Source of the DNA: an uncultured bacterium
Lineage (GTDB): Bacteria; Latescibacterota; UBA2968; UBA8231
Reading direction: 5' to 3'
Length of the DNA: 64,000 nt
NCBI GenBank assembly: GCA_964011675.1
Contig: CAXGPR010000006.1
Location: 10,611 to 74,610 of the forward strand
The notes beneath the pieces are model-generated. The model was not told where the DNA came from and did no database searches. It saw only the letters and a list, made by a program, of their open reading frames with translations. Below are positions 47,402 through 56,616 of this stretch, piece after piece. Within the stretch, counting starts at the first letter, position 1. Each line of letters starts with the position of its first letter. Position numbers and translations under genes: made by a program.

Positions 47402-48392
47402 TCGCGCGGAGCAGGTAAGATTGACGTCAATCCATTGCTGGGCCCTATTCATCGTCCTCCACCTGGCGTCTTTTTCCTCTGTCGCCGAGACGGTTGACCC
47501 TCGTCTGGTCGCCAATCCCGAGAAAGGGGAATGGACGCTTTTCGTCATTCCCGATACCCAGCACTATTCACAGGACAGAAGCAACGCCCCTATCGCCTAT
47601 ATGCACTCGGCTTTTGACTGGTTGGTGGCAACGCGCGATCAGCTCAACATAAAGTTTGTGCAGGGACTGGGTGATATTGTGGAGAGCGGCAGCTTTTTTG
47701 CCGAGTGGGATAGGGCAAGCGTCGCCTGGAACAAACTCTACGGCCAGATTCCGTTTGTGGTCAATCAGGGCAACCACGACAGTATTAGCTCAATTAATAA
47801 ATACTTCCCGGTCGCCAACTTTGAGAGCGAGCCCTGGTGGGGTGGAAGTTACGAAGGTATTCACAATTCTTATCAGGTATTCAATTTCTACGGCGAGGAT
47901 TTCCTGTTTATAAATGTTCAGTCGCACGATCCTTGGGGCACGGATAATCCGGGTGCGCGAGCCTGGGCTAATGGAGTCATCGCCGCCCACCCCGAGCACA
48001 AGGTGTTGCTCGGCACCCACGACACCTTAGAGACGAGTACGATCAAGAGGGATATTCTAACTCAGCACGATAATATTGTCCTGTCCAACGCAGGACACAG
48101 CTGCGCACGGGAGACGCGTTTTCTGACCTTCGGTCCGGACGGCGGTGTGGCACAAAACTTTGTCGTCGATTATCAATGCGACAAACAGGAAATTATGCTG
48201 CTGCGATATTACGTGTTTAGACCGCTCGAAGACAGGGTCGACTACTACACCTACTCGCCGATTGCCGATATCTTCGAGGAGGATACAAATTCTCAGGGCT
48301 CTTTCGATCTGGAAATGCGCGACGATATCGACACGGCCGTAGTGAATTCACCTTGGAGTTGGATTAAAGCGAAGCTCAGACCGAGCCGTTGA
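47391..48392 (+). CDS. Secreted calcineurin-like metallophosphoesterase
   Basis: Signal-like N-terminus; IPDTQHY, LGDIVE, QGNHD, THD, AGH; ends DTAVVNSPWSWIKAKLRPSR. Confidence 0.8.
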   Translation: MSSSRAEQVRLTSIHCWALFIVLHLASFSSVAETVDPRLVANPEKGEWTLFVIPDTQHYSQDRSNAPIAYMHSAFDWLVATRDQLNIKFVQGLGDIVESGSFFAEWDRASVAWNKLYGQIPFVVNQGNHDSISSINKYFPVANFESEPWWGGSYEGIHNSYQVFNFYGEDFLFINVQSHDPWGTDNPGARAWANGVIAAHPEHKVLLGTHDTLETSTIKRDILTQHDNIVLSNAGHSCARETRFLTFGPDGGVAQNFVVDYQCDKQEIMLLRYYVFRPLEDRVDYYTYSPIADIFEEDTNSQGSFDLEMRDDIDTAVVNSPWSWIKAKLRPSR

Positions 48393-48407
48393 TGGCCCAG
48401 TCCGACT

Positions 48408-49199
48408 TTATAGCGGTTCTCCACAGTGGGGACAGTGTGTGAGTTCGTCCTCTTTGTTTTGACGCATCTTCTCTAATTCTTCTGTAAATCCTGCACCCAA
48501 TATGCCGGCTGGTAGAGCAAACATGCCTATGCCAAGGATAGCAATAATCGCCCCTATCGTTTGTCCCAGAGGGGTTATCGGATAGGCATCTCCGTAGCCG
48601 ACCGTAGTCAGCGTGACAATGCCCCACCACATGGTAGTTGGAATACTGGAAAACACTTTGGGTTGCACACTGTGCTCGGCAAAGAACATGAGAGAGGAAG
48701 AAATAATGAGCAGCGTCAACAAGACAAAGAATATGCTCAACAACTCTTCTTTGCGTTGGTGCACGACGTGGCCTAGGAGGCGTAAGGCACGCGAGTAGCG
48801 CGCGAGCTTTACGATGCGAAAAATGCGCAGTATGCGCACGGTGCGTACGAAGCGTAAGTCGACACCGAAAAAGGGTAGAAAAAAGGGTAGTATAGCCAGG
48901 AGGTCGATTATGCCTAGAGGAGATACAATAAAGCGCAGGCGTCCAGAGAGGGGATGGGCATATCGGGTATTCGTGGTGCAGGACCAGATACGCAAGATGT
49001 ATTCAATGGAGAAGACGGCAATGGAAATGTATTCAAACGCAGCGAAGGCGGCTTGATGGGCGCTATAGACCGATTCTACAGTCTCTAGAATAAGGGCTAC
49101 GACGTTGAGAAAGATCAAAACGATAATGGCGACGTCGATGGCTCGTCCCGTATCGTCACCCGGTTCTAAAAAGTAGTAGACGTGTTCTCTGATATGCAT
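48408..49199 (-). CDS. Voltage-gated potassium channel (Ion_trans, 6 TM) with C-terminal zinc ribbon
   Basis: IIDLLAILPF, S4 LRFVRTVRILRIFRIVKLARY, MWWGIVTLTTVGYGD filter, CPHCG. Confidence 0.92.
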   Translation of the reverse strand: MHIREHVYYFLEPGDDTGRAIDVAIIVLIFLNVVALILETVESVYSAHQAAFAAFEYISIAVFSIEYILRIWSCTTNTRYAHPLSGRLRFIVSPLGIIDLLAILPFFLPFFGVDLRFVRTVRILRIFRIVKLARYSRALRLLGHVVHQRKEELLSIFFVLLTLLIISSSLMFFAEHSVQPKVFSSIPTTMWWGIVTLTTVGYGDAYPITPLGQTIGAIIAILGIGMFALPAGILGAGFTEELEKMRQNKEDELTHCPHCGEPL

Positions 49200-49269
49200 T
49201 ATCGCCTTCCTTTAAGTGCACGCATTGCGAACTGCGTCTTCTATCGGGTGCGCATCATTTGGGGATCAA

Positions 49270-50400
49270 TCAAGTCCAGCTGGCAAAAACTTCTTCCGCA
49301 AGACCGAACGACGTGCTCATGCCAGCACCTCCCACGCCGTTGACGATGCGTACGCCGGGTGCGGGGGCTGCGACAAAGTCGGCATCGGTTGGATGTTTGG
49401 CATATAGGCCACTCCATCGTTGTGCTATGTGAAGCGTTGGGGCCGTTAGGAAGGTTTGTAGATATGCCATAACAAGCTGGTCGATTTCTGGTTTGTCAAA
49501 AGGATCTGGATGCCAATCGTATTCGTGTGAATCGCCGATGGTGATCTCTCCCAACCCGTTTTGCGAAGCCATGACGTGAATACCCCACTGGTCGAACTCC
49601 GGATTTTCGCGGCTGACTCGTGCGGAATACGATGCCAAAGAAGTACACTGCCTAAACGCGGCGTAGTGGCGCAGAGTCAGGCCTGCTGCTAGCATGGGGC
49701 CCAATTGCCAGCTGTCGGGTTGAGGAACCGTGCGCATCATCTGCAGCTTACAGCGAGTTAGGCCGCTCGATTGGTAAATAGAGGGATAGAGGCTCTCGAA
49801 GTCGACCCCGCTACATACGACAGCTCGTTCGGCGCGCCAAGTGGTTGAAGGCGTGTATATGTTAGGCAGGTCAAGGGCCTGGACGGGCGTGGAGAAACAC
49901 AGCTCAACCCCGTATTCGCGAGCGAGAAAGTTCGGTAGTTCTGCAATGGCTTGACGAGGGTCGACGCATGCCTCGCTTGTACTCCATATGCCGCCCCTGA
50001 GCCCGTCGGGGCGCACTGCATTACTGCGGCTTTGAACTTCCTGCGAACTGAGGAGTTCAACGTTGTATCCCAGTGCTGGCGCCTGCTGTGCGAACTCGGA
50101 CAGGACGGCCATTTCGTCCTCTGCATAGGCTAGATGGAGCGATCCGGTGGGCTGATACCATATGCCTGCAGCCGGTGCGATATCTGCCCAAATATCTCGG
50201 GTGCGCAGTGCGCGTTGATGGATTGCTCCGGGCGCCTGTCCAATGGGCCAAATCATGCCGAAGTTGCGTATCGAGGCACCCGCAGCTTGCGGTGAACGCT
50301 CAAATAGTACAACGGATAGCCCGTTTTGTGCTGCTGTAAGGGCGTGTGCTATGCCTACGATACCTCCGCCTATAACGGCAATATCTTTCTTTTTTTTCAA
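49270..50400 (-). CDS. FAD-dependent oxidoreductase, TIGR03364 (HpnW-like; DAO family)
   Basis: VIGGGIVGIAHA, GASIRNFGMIWPIGQ, RCKLQMMRT, ITIGDSHEY, GVGGAGMSTSFGLAEE. Confidence 0.8.
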   Translation of the reverse strand: MKKKKDIAVIGGGIVGIAHALTAAQNGLSVVLFERSPQAAGASIRNFGMIWPIGQAPGAIHQRALRTRDIWADIAPAAGIWYQPTGSLHLAYAEDEMAVLSEFAQQAPALGYNVELLSSQEVQSRSNAVRPDGLRGGIWSTSEACVDPRQAIAELPNFLAREYGVELCFSTPVQALDLPNIYTPSTTWRAERAVVCSGVDFESLYPSIYQSSGLTRCKLQMMRTVPQPDSWQLGPMLAAGLTLRHYAAFRQCTSLASYSARVSRENPEFDQWGIHVMASQNGLGEITIGDSHEYDWHPDPFDKPEIDQLVMAYLQTFLTAPTLHIAQRWSGLYAKHPTDADFVAAPAPGVRIVNGVGGAGMSTSFGLAEEVFASWT

Positions 50401-50410
50401 GGAAATACCC

Positions 50411-51451
50411 TTACGACAGAATGAGCGAAACGCGGGAAAATCGCTGGGATTGGGCCAGCTCTATGGCGCGATCCAACTCGCTCAGCGGGATGGGTGGACT
50501 GACGAGCTCATCGTACGGATTGAGTGACGCTGTGCGCGATAGAAATGCGACTGCGGAATTGAGATGACGTGGGCTGTAGTTGTGCACTCCGCGCATGGTG
50601 ACGCATTTGCGGATGATTTGTTCGCCCGTCAGGTCGATCTGTGTGTCGGGGTGCACCATGCCTACTAGGATGTAGAATCCTCCGGGCCGCAGGGCCTCCA
50701 AACCGTCCTTGAGTAGCACGGACGCCCCCGCTAGCTCAAAAACCGCATCTACTCCCTCTTTTTCACGCACCAGCACGTCCTGTACGTGCTCTACAGGGAT
50801 TGCGCCGAAGTCGGCGCTGTGTCGGCGACGCTCGACGTGAAGGTCCATGCAGTATATGCGTTTGATGCCGCGTTCTGCCAGCAGAGCACAGCAGTACAAG
50901 CCGAGAAGGCCGGCTCCTTGTATTAGCACGGAATCGCATCGACCGGGAAGCGTTTCTGCTGCGTTGACTACAGTGGCTAACGCACAGTTGGCCGGTGCGA
51001 CCGTTGCGTCTGCGAGCCTATCGGGTAGCGTGACAATATGCGTTCCCTGACGCAGGAGTATGTGCGATGCATAACAGCCATTGAGGCCGCTACCATCGTC
51101 GAGCGGAGCATGACCATATTTAAACAAGTCTGCACATTTTTCAGGCAGGTTGTAATCGCTACATGCCAAACACGATCCGCAGCTGTCGGCGATACTCCAC
51201 GTGATCCGGTCGCCCATGCGCAGATCGGGTCGCCCACTGCCCACAGCGACGACGTGTCCGACCGCTTCGTGGCCCAGAATACACGGCGTTCGCTCCGGCC
51301 GATGTCCAGAGAGGGTGTGAAGGTCTGACCCGCAGATGGTTGCCAGAGCAATTTCGACTAGGACTTCTCCCGCCTGTAGTGAAGAAGGCAGGGGTACGTC
51401 GCATGCCTTTAGGGGGTGGTCTGGTCCGTAAAAAACCTGGGCATACGCCAT
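50411..51451 (-). CDS. Zinc-binding alcohol dehydrogenase, TIGR03366 (HpnZ-like)
   Basis: TICGSDLHT, LGHEAVG, SCGSCLAC...LPEKC..LFKYGH, NCALATV, GAGLLGL, GVHNY; likely ATG at 51451. Confidence 0.75.
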   Translation of the reverse strand: MAYAQVFYGPDHPLKACDVPLPSSLQAGEVLVEIALATICGSDLHTLSGHRPERTPCILGHEAVGHVVAVGSGRPDLRMGDRITWSIADSCGSCLACSDYNLPEKCADLFKYGHAPLDDGSGLNGCYASHILLRQGTHIVTLPDRLADATVAPANCALATVVNAAETLPGRCDSVLIQGAGLLGLYCCALLAERGIKRIYCMDLHVERRRHSADFGAIPVEHVQDVLVREKEGVDAVFELAGASVLLKDGLEALRPGGFYILVGMVHPDTQIDLTGEQIIRKCVTMRGVHNYSPRHLNSAVAFLSRTASLNPYDELVSPPIPLSELDRAIELAQSQRFSRVSLILS

Positions 51452-51455
51452 GATA

Positions 51456-52190
51456 TTAGTCTGCCCGTGTACGCCAGTAGCCTTCGAGTGTGTCATGGGG
51501 CTTCCACCCTAGAAGACTCCGTGCTTTATGGTTGTGATAGCGACCGTGTGGCGTATCAGTTGTGATGTGAAATATTTCACAGCGAGAGGGCAGAACTTTC
51601 AGATTTACCTCTAAGCATTTGCGCAGGGCGCGTGCTGCGTCGGCAAAGGTAACGGAAAAGGGATTCGTATCTTTGCCTTGCTGGCCTTCGGGTGGCTCGG
51701 CATCGCGGAAGCTCAGAAAGAGCGTCGTGAGAACGTGCAGGGGATAGTTCGCACTAAAGACGCGGCAGATTTCCTGACCAATTGACTTGCTGTGTGCGTA
51801 GAGGTTAAGGCCCGAGTGGAGCGGGACCTCCTCACTGATGTCAAAGTCGTAGTGTTCGTAGCTCGGGCCGACCTGTGTGAAATGTGGACCGGTGTTAATA
51901 AAGCGAGTGTGCCCCATTTCTGCGGCAACACGCACGGCGTTGTAGGTGCCGGTCGTATTCACGTCAAAAGCGACTTTGCGGTCGGGGCGCAGCACGGAGC
52001 AGTTGACGATTACATCGGTTCCTCGTGCTGCTTCGCGAACCTGGGCTAAGTTACTTACGTCCACGCGCATCGTTTCATGTTCACTGTCGATTTCCACTAT
52101 ATCCGTGATACGTAAATCGTAGGCGCCTTCGAGCTCTTTCACCACGTGTGGACCGAGAAAGCCGTTGCCGCCTAGTAAAAGAACTTTCAT
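51456..52190 (-). CDS. NAD-dependent epimerase/dehydratase (extended SDR)
   Basis: LLGGNGFLG, VNTTGTYN, LYAHSKSIGQE. Confidence 0.8.
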   Translation of the reverse strand: MKVLLLGGNGFLGPHVVKELEGAYDLRITDIVEIDSEHETMRVDVSNLAQVREAARGTDVIVNCSVLRPDRKVAFDVNTTGTYNAVRVAAEMGHTRFINTGPHFTQVGPSYEHYDFDISEEVPLHSGLNLYAHSKSIGQEICRVFSANYPLHVLTTLFLSFRDAEPPEGQQGKDTNPFSVTFADAARALRKCLEVNLKVLPSRCEIFHITTDTPHGRYHNHKARSLLGWKPHDTLEGYWRTRAD

Positions 52191-52906
52191 ATGCGATCCT
52201 CAAAGGTATACTGAGGTTGGAACTTAAGCGCATTGCAAATGCGCTCCGAAGAGAAGCGAGCCCGGTCAGATACGGACTGTAAATGAAGGACGTGATAGGA
52301 CCGAGGTCGACGCGGATCCAGCGTCTTCCGCTTTTGCAGAAGGAGACCAACGGCGCGAGCCGCATCGCGTTGGTCAACCCACATGGGATCGTACTTTTGT
52401 TCGGTAACATCTTCCGATAGGACCACGTGCCCGAGGCGGAGTACAGCGACGTCGAGTGCATTGCTGTGGGCAAACTCACGCGCGGTGAATTCCGCTAGGT
52501 GCGCCCCGAGTTGGGCCGGGCTAGTGTTGGGCTGCGGCTGCCAGTGTTCTCCCACCGTCATTTCAACATCGTAGGGTTGGAATAGATCCAGCGTGCTGAT
52601 GACCAGTGCGAAAGACACGTCGGCCTCCGATGCGGCCAGCAGCAAATTGTAGTGGCGGCGAGAATTGATATCGAGCCACTCGTTTTCTCCGTCGTTTGGA
52701 CGGGGTGCATGGGCCAGATGGACGATGGCATCGATGCCTTGAACGAGCGCGTCCGTCGCTTCATCATGTCCTAGGTCACTCCGCACAAACTCCAAGTCTG
52801 TAGAGATTTCTTCTCTATCGGTCAGACGAACCTGATGATCGGTGCGCAAAGAGTCTGCTATAGCTATAGCTAGCGGGCTGGCGGCACCAGTAATAAGAAC
52901 TCTCAT
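52187..52906 (-). CDS. Extended-SDR-fold protein with degenerate catalytic motifs
   Basis: ITGAASPLA, DAIVHLA, SPAQLGAHLAE in place of YxxxKxxxE, WVDQRDAARA; ATG at 52906. Confidence 0.65.
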   Translation of the reverse strand: MRVLITGAASPLAIAIADSLRTDHQVRLTDREEISTDLEFVRSDLGHDEATDALVQGIDAIVHLAHAPRPNDGENEWLDINSRRHYNLLLAASEADVSFALVISTLDLFQPYDVEMTVGEHWQPQPNTSPAQLGAHLAEFTAREFAHSNALDVAVLRLGHVVLSEDVTEQKYDPMWVDQRDAARAVGLLLQKRKTLDPRRPRSYHVLHLQSVSDRARFSSERICNALKFQPQYTFEDRI

Positions 52907-52917
52907 GTGATGACCTC

Positions 52918-54399
52918 TCAGAGAATTTGTTGGTCTACGTTCATCGGGACAATGTCGTGTATCTTGCTGTCCATCAGAGCAGATGGGGACTGCATCTCGA
53001 GAACTGCATCGGCGTGTAGGCTGTCTATTGTGCTGCATCCGGCCGTCGCCAATGTGGCTCGTAGCATTTGCACGACCGTGGGCAATTTGTCAAAGATGGA
53101 GCCCACATGGGGCACATAGCCGGAAATGCCTTCCTCAAAAAAGTTTTCTTTGGTTTGCGCGTAGCGCCGCATATTATGGGCCCGCATGCTTCCTTCCATC
53201 CAGTATTCCTTGACGATCTCACCCGCGGCATTGCGCATGAGGCTGCCTTGGCTCTCGGTGTAGCGAGCGAAGAAATTGCCCATCATGATGGCGTTAGCGC
53301 CTAGGGCTAAGCCAATCGACATTTCTGCCGGTCCGGAGATGCCGCCGTCGGCAACGAGCGGGATATACGAGCCCGTATCTTTTTGCCATTGGTCACGCGT
53401 CGCTCCCACCTCCATAAGCGTCGTGCCCTGACCACGTCCAGTGGCCTTTACTTCTTGCGTGGTGCAACCGGAACCGATGCCCATGCCTACTTTGACCGCG
53501 TCTGCACCGGCTTCGGCCAAGAAGCGAAATCCGTCCGACGTAACAATATTGCCGCCAATGACGGGTGTATCGCACTGCTGTTTCACGTACTGAATCATCT
53601 CGCGCTGATACTCGGTGTGCCCATCGGATGCGTCTATTACGAGCACATCGACGTCGTGTTCAACAAGGGCCTGCACGCGTTCTCGGTCTTCGGGATGCGT
53701 GGAAATGGCTGCACCAACCAGGAGCCGCTTTTGACTGTCAATCGATTCGTTTGGGTGACGTAGATGCTTATCGAGGTCTTTTTTAAATACGACGGTTTGC
53801 AGGATGCCATCTTTGGATAGGATGGGCAGAAAGCCCCGCCCATAGCGAATCATCAGTTCGTTGGCCGACCGCAGTTCAGTCACCTCTGTGCCCGACTGCA
53901 CGTCTGTCTTCATGCGCTCCTCTACGGTGCATTCCAAGTCGCGTCGTTCGTCAAAATCCTTGTCCGTTAAAATGCCGATAAGCTTGTCGTGGAACTGGCC
54001 ACTTTGGGTAACGGGAAAGGTCGTGTAACCCGTATTGCGAATGATGCGGGCTACTTCGGAAATGGACTGTTGGGGAGCCAGCGTAACAATATTGGTTTGG
54101 AATCCCGCTTTGAAGCGCTTTACTTGGCCCACCTTGGCACACTGCTCGTCTATTGGCTGACTGACGGGCAAAATGCCAATCCCGCCTAGCTGCGCGAGTG
54201 ATATGGACATCTCTACGCCTGTTACTGCCTGCATCGCAGCGCTCAGAAAGGGTGTATTGAGGTAAACAAAATCATCCCCCTTTCGGCACAGACGCGTTTT
54301 TAGCTCGACTTTGGGTGCATTGCCATCGGTAGGCGTATAGCCGGGCAGGATGCGAAATTCTTTGAGGCTGTGCGAAGGGTTTGGCAAAACCTTGGCCAT
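52918..54399 (-). CDS. guaB: Inosine-5'-monophosphate dehydrogenase with CBS domains
   Basis: [13 protein letters not shown] pair, [25 protein letters not shown] (catalytic Cys), ADGGI, flap [12 protein letters not shown]. Confidence 0.88.
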   Translation of the reverse strand: MAKVLPNPSHSLKEFRILPGYTPTDGNAPKVELKTRLCRKGDDFVYLNTPFLSAAMQAVTGVEMSISLAQLGGIGILPVSQPIDEQCAKVGQVKRFKAGFQTNIVTLAPQQSISEVARIIRNTGYTTFPVTQSGQFHDKLIGILTDKDFDERRDLECTVEERMKTDVQSGTEVTELRSANELMIRYGRGFLPILSKDGILQTVVFKKDLDKHLRHPNESIDSQKRLLVGAAISTHPEDRERVQALVEHDVDVLVIDASDGHTEYQREMIQYVKQQCDTPVIGGNIVTSDGFRFLAEAGADAVKVGMGIGSGCTTQEVKATGRGQGTTLMEVGATRDQWQKDTGSYIPLVADGGISGPAEMSIGLALGANAIMMGNFFARYTESQGSLMRNAAGEIVKEYWMEGSMRAHNMRRYAQTKENFFEEGISGYVPHVGSIFDKLPTVVQMLRATLATAGCSTIDSLHADAVLEMQSPSALMDSKIHDIVPMNVDQQIL

Positions 54400-54569
54400 G
54401 GGCGCGCTTTCTCCGGGGCTTGGAGATGATTAAATGGCAAGATAAAGGTGCATTGAAAATAAAAAAATAGGGTCTAGGAGTATTTTCTTCAATAGGTATC
54501 GGATGCACTTTTCCCGTAAAGTGCGTTATTTTAGATGACGAGTGTTTATACTCTAACAAAGGAACAGAG

Positions 54570-54818
54570 ATGGGATATCAGCGATTTTATCCGCAACAGA
54601 GAGAATCGACAGGCATTGGCGCATTCTTGGCAGGCCTGGGGTTGGGCGTTCTAATTGGCGCGGCCATGGGCATGCTGTCTGCTCCGCATCGAGGTGATGT
54701 GACGCGCCGTAAAATTGTGCGTCAGGCCGGCGTAGCGCGCGATCAGGTTGTCGATGCCGTAGAGGATTTCGTCGAGCGTCGCGCCGAGGGAGACGAGCTA
54801 GAAAACGGCGAGGCGTAG
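54570..54818 (+). CDS. YtxH-domain small membrane protein
   Basis: FLAGLGLGVLIGAAMGMLSAPHRGDVTRRKI. Confidence 0.85.
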   Translation: MGYQRFYPQQRESTGIGAFLAGLGLGVLIGAAMGMLSAPHRGDVTRRKIVRQAGVARDQVVDAVEDFVERRAEGDELENGEA

Positions 54819-54819
54819 T

Positions 54820-56616
54820 CTATTCTCGCCCCGCCGCGCCGTCGTAGTTGAGCTGGTGCAGGCGCGCGTAAATGCCGCCCTGTTGAATGAGCTCGTCGTG
54901 CTTGCCCCGCTCGCGCACTTGGCCGTGGTGGAGAACGAGTATTTGATCTGCACTGCGGATAGTCGATAGGCGATGTGCTATGACGATGGAAGTGCGGTCG
55001 TGCATCAGCTTGGCAATGGCGTCTTGAATAAGCTGCTCGGTCTCGGTGTCGATTGATGAGGTCGCCTCGTCTAAGACGAGTACCTCCGGGTTGAAAGCTA
55101 GTGCACGAGCAAAGGAGAGCAGCTGTCGCTGGCCGGAGGAAAGAGTCGATCCTCCTTCGGCCACGACCTGCTCGTATCCGTTGGGCAGCTTCTCAATAAA
55201 GCGGTCGGCGTTCACAAAGCGGGCAGACTCCTCTATGCGCTTTTGGTCTATGCGCTTGTATCCGAGCCGAATATTGTCGCGCACGGTGCCAGAAAACAGG
55301 AACACGTCCTGCTGCACAATGCTGATCCGCTCGCGCAATTCCTCTGCGTTCCACTCCTTTATTTCTACTCCATCTACAAATATTTCACCGCGTTGGATGG
55401 GATAAAAACGGCACAGTAAATTGACAATCGTCGTCTTACCCGAGCCGGTGGCTCCAACCAAGGCCAAGCTCTGGCCAGCTTCAACGCGAAACGATACGTC
55501 ATTTAAGATCCAATCTTTTGCCTGTTCGTCGTATTTAAAGTGGACATTCCTGAATTCAATTGTGCCACCGCGCTGCTGAAGCGCTCTGTCTCTCCGCGGG
55601 CCTCCTTTGTCTTCCGGTGGCGTCTCCAGCAACTCGAAAATGCGTTCGGATGAGGCCATGGCACTCTGCAGCAGGGCGTAGCGGTCGCTGATGTCCATGA
55701 TAGGGCGAAAAAAGCGACGGATGTACTGGAGAAAGGCCACTAGCACGCCGAAGGCTACCCGCTCCGAAAGCACGGCGGATGAACCGAACCATATGACGGC
55801 GGCCATGCCCAAAGTGCCCACTAGCTCTGTGAAGGGGAAAAAGATCGCGTAGTAGAAGATCTCGTGCTCTTCGGCGCGGCGGTAGGGGAGGTGCTCGCGA
55901 TCAAAATCCCGCAAATTGCGCTCTTCTCTGCTAAAGAGCTGGACCACTTCCATACCGGTAATATTTTCTTGAAGGTAGGCGTTGAGGCGCGCCAGTCGCG
56001 TTCGGATTTCGCGGTAGGCGACCATGGCTTGGTTCTGTAGATAAAAAGTAGAGATGGCCAGCACTGGAACCACGAGACAGCAAATGAGCGTCAGTTCGGG
56101 ATCAATGGAGACCATAAAGATCAGGATGGCCACGAGGGTAAACAAGTCCATAAAGACCGAAACGATGCCTTCACTAAAGAAATCGCTTAGTGCTTCTACA
56201 TCGTTGGTCGTGCGCGTCATGATGCGCCCGAGCGGCGTGTGGTCAAAATAGCGCAGCGGAAGTTTCTGCAGGTGAGCAAAGATGTCGCGGCGTATATCGA
56301 GCATGACGTGCTGCCCCATGATTTCGGTGACCAGCGTTTGTGCATACTGCGATACGTACTGAACGAAGATGCTGGCAAAGAAAGCAGCGATAACCCACTT
56401 GAGGCCCTCGTAGTCGCCCTGGGCAATGTGATCGTCTACGGCAATCTTTGTGAGCCAGGGACCCACTTGGCTAGAAAAGGCGGAGAAGGCAATGGTCACA
56501 AAGGCCAGAGTAACGCGTCCTTTGTGCGGCTTGAGATAGGTCAGCAGCTTGCCCAATAGACGTGGGTTAAATGGGCGATGCTGGATCTCCTCTTCCTTGT
56601 TGAGCTCTTCGCTCAC
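54820..56616 (-). CDS. ABC exporter half-transporter (MdlB/BmrD-like)
   Basis: TMD plus NBD; GATGSGKT, degenerate signature LSSGQRQ, LDEATSSID, IAHRLST. Confidence 0.92.
   Translation of the reverse strand: MSEELNKEEEIQHRPFNPRLLGKLLTYLKPHKGRVTLAFVTIAFSAFSSQVGPWLTKIAVDDHIAQGDYEGLKWVIAAFFASIFVQYVSQYAQTLVTEIMGQHVMLDIRRDIFAHLQKLPLRYFDHTPLGRIMTRTTNDVEALSDFFSEGIVSVFMDLFTLVAILIFMVSIDPELTLICCLVVPVLAISTFYLQNQAMVAYREIRTRLARLNAYLQENITGMEVVQLFSREERNLRDFDREHLPYRRAEEHEIFYYAIFFPFTELVGTLGMAAVIWFGSSAVLSERVAFGVLVAFLQYIRRFFRPIMDISDRYALLQSAMASSERIFELLETPPEDKGGPRRDRALQQRGGTIEFRNVHFKYDEQAKDWILNDVSFRVEAGQSLALVGATGSGKTTIVNLLCRFYPIQRGEIFVDGVEIKEWNAEELRERISIVQQDVFLFSGTVRDNIRLGYKRIDQKRIEESARFVNADRFIEKLPNGYEQVVAEGGSTLSSGQRQLLSFARALAFNPEVLVLDEATSSIDTETEQLIQDAIAKLMHDRTSIVIAHRLSTIRSADQILVLHHGQVRERGKHDELIQQGGIYARLHQLNYDGAAGRE

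Noticed and set aside
52918-54399. Divergent IMPDH active-site loop ([11 protein letters not shown]), raising the possibility of GMP reductase
   Set aside because: The catalytic Cys, CBS pair and flap Arg-Tyr dyad are present, consistent with an ordinary though divergent GuaB.
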